Assembly (NCBI GenBank): GCA_026936335.1
Contig: JAPMXV010000045.1
Location: 124,001-188,000 of the forward strand
Reading direction: 5' to 3'
Length of the DNA: 64,000 bases
Source: Mantamonas sphyraenae STR306
Lineage: Eukaryota > Protista > CRuMs
The notes under the pieces were generated by a model. It had not been told where the DNA came from and searched no databases. It was given only the letters and a program-made list of their open reading frames with translations. Positions 1 through 12,108 of this stretch are shown in pieces; within the stretch, counting starts at the first letter, position 1, and the number at the start of each line of letters is the position of its first letter. A program made the position numbers and the translations under genes.

Positions 1-1407
1 CCCCGCCAAGAACAAGACCGAGTCGTTGGCGGTCGAGAGTCTGGCCGAGCTCGGTCAGCTGCTGCTGGCGCAGGATGAGGTGGGAGAGGGCCACAGGGTC
101 GCTCAAGTGATGCTCTGCATCCCATTGAGATGACCCGTTGGTGCCCAGCATGTTGGAATACTGCAGCTGGGCGGCTACAAAGCGTTGGCGTATGGTTTGG
201 CATTCGCTGGTGACGTAGGCAGTGGGCACCAAAAGGACGAGGAGACAGAAAGTGTTGAGATCACAATGGCATACATGCCGCCGGTGTGAGTGAGGCTCGT
301 GGGGTCAGAGAGGACAGCAGCAATGCCGTATCCGAGGGTGGAGACGTTGATGAGGGCCCATGGAGCAAAGATGGCAGTCATCATGATGCTGCTGGCCTGC
401 ATGCGCCAAGCAAGCACGGTGTGTGTGACGGTGACCTGCGGATCCATTCGGGCTGTTGGGAGGGCTGTGTGGGCACGTTGTCGATGCCACACAGGTGGTT
501 GTTGACCTCCATGCTGAGCACCATGGAAAAGTAAGCGTAGACAAAGAGACTGAGGAAGCCAATCATGTACGGGATCACCGATCCCACCATGTGCACAGTC
601 CAAAACTCAAAGACGGTGACGCCGTAGCCAGCGGGGCCGATGATGAGGGTGCTGACCTTTCACGGCGATGACAATGAGCCAACATCCAAGGACGGGCCAA
701 TGCAATCGTGCCACAATGGGATGGTGGGGACCCACAGCGTCCACCAGACCCAGGAGCACCCTGGGCAACATCTTCCGGGAGATGCTGTACAGGGTGAGCA
801 TCAACACGGTGACATAGACGGGAAACAGGGTGCTTGCCATGCGTCTGATGGTGGGTGGCACAGCAGCACCACTGTACATGGCAGGGGTCATAAAGACGGT
901 GAGGAGAAGGACGGCCAGGCTGTAGAGGAGCTTAAGGAAACGGATGGGGGCTGAGGAACCGGGGGGAAGGAGGAGGTCGAGACGGGTGCGCGAGGTAAAG
1001 GCACGCACCGCACGTCCCATGCTGTATGGATGGTACTCTGTGATACGATCCACCCACACGGGGTGACAGAAGGGAACCTCGGACACAGAGAGCTCCTTCT
1101 TGTCAAAGCGACGACGCAGCGGCGCCAATTCCTCACCCGGCCAAAAGCCAAACAGGTTGAGGGTGCGAAAGAGGAGCATCACAGGCCATGGCCACTGTTC
1201 CACACGCTTGTGTGCATTCCCATCCTCATTGTCATCCACACCATTGGCATGATGCACCCCCATCATCACCTCCAGCGCCACCTGCCCCTGCTCCTCCTCC
1301 TCCTCCTCCTCCTGCTCACCATACCCTACGCCTGCGTTGCCATCATCATCACCATCATCACCATCATCATCCTGGTCACCCAACAGTGGTTGTTTGGCAT
1401 CCTTCAT
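1..1407 (-). CDS. Gustatory-receptor-like / 7TM ion-channel (7TMIC/GRL) candidate; 3' end runs off the window; 3-4 apparent indels
   Basis: Pieced together from ORFs 607-1473, 381-596, 175-603 and the frame reaching base 1. N-terminal 'LLFRTLNLFGFWP' motif, about six hydrophobic helices, then 'LTELGQTLDRQRLGLVLGG', which resembles the GR TM7a region. ATG of MKDAKQPLLG at 1407. Confidence 0.55.
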
Positions 1408-1413
1408 CGCCAG

Positions 1414-1444
<31 letters not shown>

Positions 1445-1501
1445 GGCAGCGCAGGAGCAGACACAACAAACAACTTGCCCTCCTAATCTTTGTGCAGCAG
1501 G

Positions 1502-3515
1502 ATGTACGGCATGGGTATGGGCATGGGCATGGGTGGCATGGGTGGTATGGGTGGCATGGGTGGCATGGGTGGCATGGGAGGCATGGGAGGCATGCAACAG
1601 ATGATGGGGGGTGACGGCGGATCGCCGGGACCGAACCTGTACGTGGGCAACCTGCACGTGGACGTGGACGAGCAAATGCTCACCAGCGTGTTTTCACGTT
1701 GTGGCCCTGTGGAGTCGGCACGCATCATGCGACACAAGGACGTAGGTTGGTGGTGGTGGAAGGGAGGGGGGGGGCAAGAAGGAGGTGGAGGAAGAGGGAC
1801 ACACTCACGCACTCACACACACACCACACACACACAGAGCAACAAGAGCCAGGGCTACGGCTTTGTGGTGTACGGAGCAGCCGAGTCGGCCATGATGGCC
1901 ATGGAAACCCTGAATGGGGAGATGCTGATGGGCATGGTATGGGAGCGACGGGCAGGCGGAACGGAAAGCGGGCCATGCGCAGAGTGTGTGGGCGCGCGCG
2001 CATTTTGGGAGACTGGGAGTGGGCTGACACCGGCACAACCACACACACATTACACACACACATGGATGGGTGACACCAGCCATTAAAGGTGAACTGGGGC
2101 ACGAACAACGGGGGTGGAAACGCAGGGATGGCGTCGGCGAAACGAGGGGTGGGAGTGTCGTCGACGGGAGAGGACACGTCGAATCACCACCAGTTGTTTG
2201 TGGGAGACCTGAGCAACGAAGTGGACGACGCAGCCCTGTTCCAGGCGTTCAGTGCGTTTGGATCATGCAGTGAGGGCCGTGTGATGTGGGACAAGCACAC
2301 GGGTGCCACCAAGGGCTATGGGTTTGTGTCGTTTCGGGAGCAGGCGGATGCCGAACGGGCTTTGCAAGAGATGAACGGCGTCTACTTGGGCTCACGACCC
2401 ATCCGAGTGAACCATGCCCAACGCAAGGCACATGGGGGTGGACCCACAGAGATTGGACAGTATTCCTCATCGTCGTCATCCTCGTCATCGTACGGAGGAG
2501 GAGGAGGAGGTGGTGGTGGTGGTGGTGGTGGCGATGGACAGGGCACCACTGTGTTTGTGGGCAATGTGGCTCGTCACGTGGGTGTCCATGAGATTGAGGC
2601 AGTGTTTTCACAGTTTGGCCGTGTGTTGCAGGTGCGTCCCTTTCAGGAAAAGGGCTTTGCGTTTGTGGAGTACGGCACCCCGAGGAGACGGCATTGGCGG
2701 TGGAACAGGGCCCGGGACAGATGCTGGGTGGACAGGCTATTCGATGTGAGTATGGTGGTCCCAAACCACGAGGTGGAGGCGGCGGAGGCGGGAGGGGTGG
2801 ACGAGGTGGTGGAGGCGTCGGCGGTGGCGGCGGTGCTGGTGCAGGCTGGGGCTATGGTGGTGCAGGCTACGGTGGCTATGGTGGCTACGGTGGCGGGTAT
2901 GGACAGATGGGAGGAGGGTATGGTGGTGGGTATGGTGGAGGGTACGGGGCTGGGTACGGAGCTGGGTACGGGTACGGGATGCCCTATGGCATGCAGGGAG
3001 CACAAGGTGGCTACCCCATGATGGACCCCTATGCCATGCAGCAGCAACAGCAACAGATGGCCTACCAGGCTCAGGCTCAGATGCAGCCAGGGGCAGCGTT
3101 TGCCGTGTCGCAGCAGGCAGCGGTGCAGGCTCAGGCTCAGCCACAGTCGCCACAGCAGGGAGGAGATGGAGAGGGTGGTCAAGACACCGCAACAGGACGC
3201 AAACGAACGCGGGAAGACTTGGAGGAGGAGGATCAGGGTCAGGATGGCCAAGGACAAACTACAACAGGTGAAGGGGACACAGGCAACGACGACGGCATGG
3301 CGCAGCAGGACGGCAAGCGAGCACGAGTGGAGCAGGAAGAAGGAGGAGGAGGAGGACAGGAGGAGGAGGAGACTGCCACCGCACAGGACGGACAGGCAGC
3401 ATCGAGTGGTGGCAACGGTGACGACGACGCCATGGAACAGGAACAGGACAAGGACCACGAAGAAGCCACACAGCAGGAGGCACAGGAGCAAGGGGAGGAA
3501 CAAGAACAAGACTAA
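1502..3515 (+). CDS. Three-RRM RNA-binding protein (TIA-1/Pub1/UBP1 family) with Gly/Met-rich and Gly/Tyr/Gln-rich low-complexity ends
   Basis: RNP motifs NLYVGNL/QGYGFV, LFVGDL/KGYGFV and VFVGNV/KGFAFV. Introns at about 1742-1838 and 1937-2079 (GT..CAG). One-base frame break near 2680 in a C run. Confidence 0.88.
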
Positions 3516-3596
3516 AAACCCAAGGTGGCACACGTGCATCTCCGTTGATGTCCTCCCACGCTGTGTTGGGGCTCGCCGAGAGGACGATTTCATTGC

Positions 3597-4593
3597 TTAG
3601 CACTTGACCTCCTTCAGGCCGTGCTTGAACAGCCACATGGTGGGCTCCATGGCGCCCTCCTCGTAGAACATAAAGCCCAGACCGGCGTCGGCCTCAAAGC
3701 TCTCGCCCATCCAGAACTGCAGCTCCTTGAACTTGCCAAGCAGGTCCTTGACCACGGCACCCATGCCCTTGGTGAACTCGGCAACACGCTCCGGGTCGTT
3801 CTCCTCAAGGTACTCCTTCACGCGCTTGGCATAGGCCTGCAGGTAGCCCTTGAATGCCTTCTTCTGGAAGCCAGTCTCCTGCTCAGGGTGCCCCATTCGG
3901 CCGTGTCAGCCACCCGCGCAAAATCCGGCGTCCGCGCCTCTCGCATGCGCCACCCGTTTTTGCTGTGCCTTGCCACACACACGCGCACACACACACGTTC
4001 CCGTTCAACTCACCGTCATGCGGAAGGCGTGCACCACGTCAATCACGGTCTCCTGGCTGTGGGAAGCAACACACACGCGTTGTACAAGGCGCGAGAGCAG
4101 GTGTGAGAAAAAGCGCATTTGCCTTTGCCGAGCTTCCCGAACTCCTCCCCATCCATGGGCAGTGCAGTAGACGTGTGCACACGCATCCAGCGACGCAGCT
4201 GTCTCGTACAAAGCTTGTGTTTGCGTGTGCTCTGCCCATGGATGTCTCCCGGATGGTCACGCAGGCTGTCTCTGTGTGTAGGCTGCTCTGCAACTTACGC
4301 GTCGTCGACACCATCACCTCCGCCGTCCTCCTCGGACGGGTTGGCACCGATGTCGATGTCCTCGCCACCGACAACCACGTTCTTGCACTTGCAGGCAAGG
4401 ATGACTGTGTGTGTGTGTGGCGTGTCAGGAACCTGCGGGAAACGCTCGAAATCGGCAAAGGGGCTTTTTGGAGCGTTCTTCGTTGTGCTCCTGGTGTCCC
4501 ACGACACAACTCACGGCCGTCAAACTCCTCAGACACGTCGAACGAGTCCGACATCATTTCGTCGCCGCTGAAAACATCGGTGTACACGAGCAT
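3597..4593 (-). CDS. TCTP: Translationally controlled tumour protein, 4 exons
   Basis: MLVYTDVFSGDEMMSDSF, IDIGANPSEE, VIDVV, FKELQFWMGES and FKHGLKEVKC motifs across exons joined by GT-AG introns. Confidence 0.95.
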
Positions 4594-4699
4594 GGTAGGA
4601 TAAGAGTGTGTTTTTGTTTTTGGGTGGCTTGCCCAGGGCCAAGCGCCACCTTCGGACTTGTCCTGTCCATCCCCTCGCTGCGTCCCACACAGCTCTCCC

Positions 4700-5325
4700 T
4701 CATCGTCGTCGTCGCGGCGGCTCGGGCTTCACGTAGAATTCGTCGTTGTTGTAGCCAGCATGGATGTACATAGCGCCTGTGGCAATGAGGAAGAGGGCGC
4801 AGACGTGCATGGTTGCCACGGTCCAGAACGGGGTGGAGCACAGGATGTACGCCACGCCTCGCATGATGTAGTTGGGACAGCCCTCCATCATCTCCTTGAA
4901 CCCTGGCACAGGGTATTCAATCAGAAACAGAATCAGTGCCATCGCACTGTGTGTGTGTGTGTGTGTCGGTGGTGTTGTGTGAGTGCGATGTGGTGATGCG
5001 TGATGAGTGTTCCTCTGCACGCCACTCACAAGCCCATGTATGCCACAATGGGTGCTTCCACGCCATTGGACAGCGAATCAGGATAGTCCAGTGTGGGGAT
5101 GGCCAGGAGGAACAGCGCTGTGGAAGTGTGTGTGTGAGTGTGTGTGTGTGCGTCTGCAGTTTCGTCGGCCCTCCCACTGAGAGCTGCACCCGCACACCCG
5201 CACCCCGTCGTCACACACCGCACACCGCGCCTCCCTGTTGCGTGGAACGTACAGAATGCTGTGCCAAAGGCCATCATACGTGCCCACTTCCAGAACAGGA
5301 TCTTGCCCTTGTTGCGAGGCTCCAT
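4700..5325 (-). CDS. p22phox (cytochrome b-245 light chain)/TVP18-like small membrane protein, 3 exons
   Basis: GKILFWKWARMMAFGTAF, LIEYP, NYIMRGVAYILCSTP and ATGAMYIHAG align by eye with p22phox GQIEWAMWAN, LLEYP, NYYVRAVLHLLLSVP and ASGIYLLAA. Confidence 0.65.
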
Positions 5326-5363
5326 CACCGGGGTTCAGCTGGCGGCGTCGTCGTCGCCAAACC

Positions 5364-8056
5364 ATGTCCTCCACCAGTCCCTTTGATGGCTTTCGTAGGG
5401 CACTCCACGGCACAGAGGATGATGTCAGTGAGAATGACCAAAGGCCTGCGAGGGCATCCTCCTCCACCTCGTCCTCAACGACAAGCAGCGGGAAGGGCAG
5501 TGGCAGCAGCAAACAGCAGGCAACAGAATCCCCCAGCGCCGCTTCCAGCGCTGGAGGAGGCCCATCCACGTCATCTTCTTCTGCATCCTATGGCTCGTCG
5601 GCATCCAACATCTCTTCGTCTGGGTTTGCACCGGGTGTGCGTCGGCAGAAGCCCCGTCCCAGCTTCATGCGCGCCACAAAGAGTTCCCAGTCGAAACGGC
5701 TGGAAGCCGAGGCCGCCGGCTACAGCGTCCGTCGCCCGTCCTCGTCCGCGTCCTCGTCCTCATTGATTGCCAGCAAGACCAGTGGCAATGGTGGCAGGCA
5801 TGGCCATGGGACCACCAAGGACAGCAGTGAAGGACATGCAGGCGTCCATGGCTCATCCCCAGGCAAGAAAAGGAAGCGAAAGAAACGAAGCAACGCACGG
5901 CAGCGCAGCACCACGTCGTCGTCGTCATCATCATCATCATCATCATCATCCACCATCAAGCTGCCTGCTCGACCCTTGGTCAGCATCAACAGTGCACGAA
6001 ACAGTGCCAAAGTGTGTATGTGACACCTCACCCACCCACTCCCACTCACCCACCACACCACACTCACTCACTCACCCCCGTACTCGCATCGTGGCTCACA
6101 TCGATCACAGTGGTCCAGGCTGTGGAACTGTTGGGATGGACGGAAACCCTGGCCAAACGGGAGCAGGAGCTGTGTTCGTTGCTGTGGCACGAGGCGTCGA
6201 TTGACGAAGAGGTGTACGCTGAGCTGGAGGCACACCAGATGGTGAACAAGTTCCCCTACTTTTGGCATGTGGCCAAGAAGGGAATGTGTGCCCAGCTGCT
6301 CAAGCGCATGCAACTCTTGTTCCCCACCGAATACGACTTTTTCCCTCGCACCTGGGTTGTCCCCTACGAGTTGGACGACTTTGAAGAGTACTGTGCGGAC
6401 AAGCCACGACGCAAGGCCACATACATTGTGAAACCCGATGGCGGCTCCCAAGGTGAAGGCATCTATCTCATCAAACGATTCCGAGACCTGCACCTGAGCA
6501 GCATCAACCCGAATCTGGACATGGTGGTTCAACGCTACCTGGACAGCCCCTATCTGCTGGACGGATACAAGTTTGATCTGCGTCTGTACGTGCTCCTGCT
6601 TGGGGTCGACCTCTGCGGGTGGTCATCTGCAAGGAGGGGCTCGCTCGCTTTTGCACGGAGCCGTACGAAGCACCCTCCAACAGCAACATGGGCGAGAGCT
6701 ACATGCACCTGACCAACTACTCGTTGAACAAGTACAACTCCAGCAAGTTTGTGCACAACGACGGGGACGACACCGGGGGCCAGGATGGTTCCAAACGCAG
6801 GATCAGCTCCGTGTTTGCGCGCATGCGAGACGAGGGCATCGACGTCGACGCCATCTGGAAACGCATCCAGGACCTTGTTGTGTTTGTACGTGAACCCGGG
6901 GAGAGGCGAGGAGGGGGGTTAAAGGAGGGATGGAGTGAGATAGTGTGATGAGTGGCACGCTGACACACTCTCTCCCATGCACGGTACACACCTCCAACAG
7001 TCGATGATTGCCTACCAGCCAACTCTGGCAAATCTGTACAATTCCGCTTTCATCAAGGCCAAGTCGAACCACACAAACCACTGCTTCCAAATCCTGGGCT
7101 TTGACATCATCCTGGACAAGAAACTCAACCCGTGGCTGCTTGAAATCAACAGCAACCCCAGCCTCAACATCGACTTTGACCACGAGATTGGCCTGGGCAT
7201 CTACGAGAAAGTGCCCAGTGCCATCGACCGCGCTGTGAAATTGCCCGCTGTGTTGGGAGCACTCGCACGACTCAAGTTTGGACCGCCAACACACGAGGAC
7301 GAAGCTGACAACAACAGCAGCAGCAGCAGCAGCAGCAACAGTACCAACAGCAACACCGGAAGCAGTGACATGGACAGGCACATCGATGGTCAATCGTCGT
7401 CGGATGTGGTTGTGGACCTGTTTGCAGCAGAAACACTCTCCACGTCGGCAACCTCCTCCTCCTCCTCCTCGAGTACCACCAGTCAAACAGCACAGCAGGA
7501 GGAGGAGGAAGAAGAGGCCAACAACAAGGAAGAGACAACAACGAGCACAAGCAACAGTGTGTCGTCGTCCGCGTCCACGTCGACGACGCGCTCGAAGCGA
7601 CGAAAACGCACGGGGACCAAGAGCACACGCGGCAAGCCTAGCAAAGAGACTGCGATGTACATTGACACGGGCGACGGCCACCTCATCGACATGGAGGACG
7701 ACTTTATCGATGCATACCCTGGCGAAGATCCCGAGCAGTACGACACGCTGATGGTGTTTAGTCGCGCCCTGCGGGTGTTTGAAAAGTACGCCATGACCAA
7801 GAACAAGCTGGAAATGACGGGAAGCAAGTTCTATCGTCTGTGTCGGGACGCACGCCTGATTGGCAACACGCTGAGTGCCCCCGATTGCGATCTGATCTTC
7901 CAAGGGGTGGTCAAGGCCTCCAACGCACGCACCATGATGTTCCACGACTTTTGCGAGGCACTCATGATCCTGGCAGCACGCAAGTACACGTCGGGTGAGC
8001 TCACCATGGCCGAAAAGATGGTGTTGCTGGTCGACCTACTCGATCAACTCGCGTGA
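5364..8056 (+). CDS. TTLL11: Tubulin polyglutamylase, TTLL11-like, with a C-terminal p25alpha-like helical region
   Basis: YIVKPDGGSQGEGI, KFDLRLYVL, MHLTNYSLNK, CFQILGFDI and PWLLEINSNPSL. Introns near 6016-6110 and 6888-7000. One-base break near 6612. Confidence 0.85.
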
Positions 8057-9812
8057 CATCCAGGTCGAGGTGCCATCGGGCCTGTCCTGCACCTCCACTG
8101 CAAACTCCTCGTCCAATACACGTCGCATGTCGTCGCACTCATGCAGCACTCGTCCCTTTACACCCTCCACCGGAGCCTGTAGCGCAGCGTGACGCACACG
8201 TGCACGGTACGCGACCAGCGCATCCATGATCTTGTTCTGCCGGCCTTGGTGTGCATCCGCCTCCCCTCCCGAGTGCTGTGCCTCACCCTTCCGGTGTTGT
8301 GTGAAGCCAAACACATCCAACCACCGCGACACCATGGCGGCAGCGGCCTGGAGGACGTTTGTGCTGGCTTGCGACGACGCGGCATTGCACGCGTTGACCA
8401 TGCCAATCAAGCGTGTGACTGCCTTGTCTGTGCGCATGTCCATGCGCAGTGCTTCCACAATATCCTGCTGTGCGGTTTGCATGTCCAAGTGCAGCGTGCG
8501 GTCGACGTCGTTCCAACGCACAGGTGCATCCAGCTCCCGCTCCCCCAAGGACGATGCACGCACAAAGCGACGCAAGTAGCGTAGGACGTCGCCTGCTTGG
8601 ACCATGCGATCGTGGCTAAACTCCACATTGCTGGCGTAGTGCTGTTGCAGGCAGAACATCCGCAGCTGCTCCGCCTCGTACTGTGCCAATGCCTCTCGGA
8701 TGCTGATGAAGTTCTTTAGACTCTTGCTCATTTTGCGTCCTTGGATGTGCAGGTGGCCCGTGTGGGCAAACACGTCCACCCACGCGTGCTGCGTGCACCC
8801 TGCGTGTGCGCTGCACTGCGCCACCTCATTCTCGTGGTGTGGAAACAACAGATCGATGCCACCCGTGTGCAATCCAATGTGTGGCCCAAACACTGCACTG
8901 CTCATGGCACTACACTCAATGTGCCATCCTGGCCTGCCCCACACACCGTGGTCGTCGTCGCCGCAGCCCCACGGCGACTTCCACACCATGGCCTCCTCCG
9001 CCTCATCGCTGTTGGCTTCCCACAACGCCCGTTGTGCTGCTGCCTCCTCTCCTTCTCCCTTGCCACTACCCACTGCCTTCCACAGAGCAAACGAGGCTGC
9101 GTCTGTGTCCGTCGGGTGTGCTCGACTTGCGTCCAGACGCCCGTACCTGTGGCCTTTGTCGAGGAAGCGCCCCATGTCAAACACCACACTGCCATCGTCC
9201 TGTCTCTGTGCCAGTCCATTGTCCATGATGCGTTGGATGTACCGAAGGATGTCGGGGATGTGTTCAGACACACGCAGCATGCAGTGCGCCGGTTCAATGC
9301 CCAGCGCCTGAAGATCCTGTACAAAGCTCCGTTCAAACTGTCTGCTCAGAGTGCGTGGGGACACCCCACGTTCCGCTGCTCGCTGTACAATCTTGTCGTC
9401 GATGTCTGTGACCCCCATGGCCAGTGTCACCGGCACCTGGAACACCTGAGTCCACACACGGCGCATAATGTCTGTGCACAGGTATGTCCTGCGAGAGTGA
9501 GTGTAGTGTGGTGTGTGCCGTGTGTGCCACAGGAGTCAGCTTGTCAGTGTCAAACCCGGACACACACACACACACATCAGAGAACAGGAGACGCATCACT
9601 CACCTGGCATGGCCCAAATGGGCGTGGTCGTAGACTGTGGGTCCGCAGCTGTACCAAGTCAGGATTCCACCGCTGCCGGGCACCGCACGCAGCTCACGCA
9701 TGTGTTGGGTCCCGTCGAGATTGCTGGCAAGGTACACACCCAAGCCAGTGTACTCGTGTTGTTGTTGTGTTGGTGAGTGAGATGCCAGCCGCCGTGCGCT
9801 TCTGCGGAACAT
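8036..9812 (-). CDS. CARS2: Cysteinyl-tRNA synthetase, probably mitochondrial
   Basis: [15 protein letters not shown] (HIGH motif), [29 protein letters not shown] and KMSKS. Arg/Ser-rich presequence-like N-terminus ([11 protein letters not shown]). Intron at about 9490-9603. Confidence 0.92.
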
Positions 9813-9891
9813 GACCCAAGCCTTTTTCCAGTTTCGCCTGGTTTCCCCCACGCACCCTCATCAGCAACACAACACCCCTTTTCTTGCACCC

Positions 9892-12009
9892 ATGTCACGA
9901 TTCAACCTTGACGACCTGGCAGACCTGGACGAGGATTTGTCCAGCGGCGGCTCGATGACGTACGGCCGCACAAACACCAGCTCGGGCGGCGTCTCGTCGC
10001 TGGGCCTGGAAACGCAGAGCAACCGGCCCAGCAATCTGGCCATGGAACGCCAACGACGCCTCCAGCAGATGCGTGCACAGAAGCGCAACCAGCGCAGCCA
10101 AATGGGTGAGTGTCTCCTTGATGCTTGTGGTCTCGCCACCGTTTGGGCGCCGCTCTCGGTGAGGGCGCGCGGTTTTGCAACGGCTTTTGCCCAAGTACGG
10201 CCCCCGTGGCATGGGGAGCGGGCGTGTGATGGTGTGGCATGTATCCCAGGTGTCCATGGGCCACAGGGATGGCGACGATGGTGAGTGACACTCTGTATGG
10301 ACGGCTGCGACTGACACAGAGGCCTCGGTGGGACGTTTTTTCTTTGCACAGACACGGTGATCTCCAACAGCAACCCGATGAGTTCTCCAAATCGGCCGCT
10401 GACGAGCGGGGGAGGCATCGGACGGTACAACCAGGGCAACACGGGACGCGTGCTGCAGTACGGCACGGGGTTGGCACGTGAGAACAACAGTGGGAACAGT
10501 GAGAGCGAAAACGGGGGCACCCAGAAGCTTGTTGTTTCCACGGGTTCCCGTCGAAAGACGGAATCGAGCGACGACGACGGCGAGCTGGGAGACGATTCGT
10601 CCATGAACAAGCAGCCCCGCTGGTCCAAGAGCGATCGCTCGTCACGCAAAGGCACCGGTGGCAATACGGCCTCACAGGACGAGGACGCTGAGAGCAGTGG
10701 CAGCGGCGGCGGAGGTCAAAAGGAAAGCAAACCCAAATCGCGCACAAACGCCACCCAGCTCTCCATGTTTGCCTCACCCAACGGGGGCGGTGGCAGCGGC
10801 GGCAGCGGCAGCGGCAACCTCAACAACAACAGCAGCAGCGGCAGCAGCAATGGGAATGACGGCAATGGCAGCAGCTCGTACGTGGGCGGGTACAACAACA
10901 CGCCCAAAGCGTCGTCGAAGAAGCTGCAAAAGGGCAGCACGTCGTCGTCGTCGTCATCATCCTCATTGGGATCGATGACATCGCTGTCGTTGTCGACGAT
11001 GTCACCTGGAATGGGACCGGGTGTGGGACTGAGCAGCAGCAACCAGGGAGGGCAGGGGCAGCAGGAGGAGGACCAGGAGGTGATGGCAATGATCAAGCGA
11101 CGGGAAGAGTATCGTGAGAAGGAGAAGGAGGCGGTGAGTGAGTCGGAGAAGGATTTGTTGGCGCAGGGGATTGCGGTGACGTTTGATCCGAGCGAGGGCA
11201 AGGACAGCACGGAGGAGATCACGTCGTTTGACATCAGCGACCTGCGATCGTTCCTGCTGCGTGCGGCGCCGGCGAATTCGGTGGTGCGGTGTCGCATCGA
11301 TCGGGAGAAGAGTGGCAAGGACAAGTTGTATCCGAAGTACAGGTTGTACCTGGAGGAGAACAACACGTTCCTGCTGGCCGCACGCAAGCGCAAGAAGAGC
11401 AAGAGTGCCAACTACCTGATCAGTCTGGACGGCGACGATCTGAGCAGGGACAGCGGCAACTACGTGGGCAAGCTGCGCAGCAACATGGCAGGCACACAGT
11501 TCACCGTGTACGACAAGGGGGACAACTACAAGAACTCGGAGGGCGGCGGGTCGTCCAGTGGCGCACTGGGCATCCGGCAGGAACTGGGTCTGATCAAGTA
11601 CCAGAAGAATGTGATGGGATGGAACGGACCACGCAAGCTGACGGTGGTGTTGCCGGAAATCAAGAACGACGGCACGAGGATTGTGGTGAAGCCCACATGC
11701 GAAGAGGAGGAGTTGCAGTACAGGGACAGCAAGGAGGACTACGACAACCTGCGTGTGTTTAGGAACAAGGAGCCCCAGTGGAACGAGGCCACGGAGGCCT
11801 ATGTGCTGAACTTCCAGGGCCGTGTGTCGCTGCCCTCGGTGAAGAACTTCCAATTGGTGGAAGTGGGTGGCGACCAAGATTACATCGCCATGCAGTTTGG
11901 CAAGATTGGCACCGATACGTTTACTCTGGACTATCGCAGGCCGCTGAATGCCCTCCAGGCGTTTGCCATTGCCCTGAGTGGCCTCGACAACAAGCTTATG
12001 TGCGAGTGA
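9892..12009 (+). CDS. Tubby-like protein (full-length parent copy)
   Basis: FLLAARKRKKSKSANYLIS, YVGKLRSN, GPRKLTV, LNFQGRVSLPSVKNFQL, MQFGK and C-terminal DNKLMCE. One intron from about 10106 to about 10330-10350. Confidence 0.93.
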
Positions 12010-12108
12010 GCTGCGCTGCTGTGCAATAGATTCTTGTTGGAATGTGTGGTGACAATGATCTCCCCAGAAGCGGCCCCTCTTGCCCTGTCCCCGGGACAAG
12101 CCAGCCCC

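Noticed and set aside
1505-1595. Regular 9-bp repeats (ggtggcatg) as a CRISPR-like or satellite array
   Set aside because: There are no spacers; the repeat encodes the GGM low-complexity N-terminus of the RRM protein.
2670-2690. Frameshift in the RRM gene (similar breaks in TTLL11 near 6612 and DCN1 near 61345) as programmed recoding
   Set aside because: Each is a single missing base, two of them in short C runs, within a conserved gene and without a slippery heptamer. Sequencing or assembly indels are more likely.
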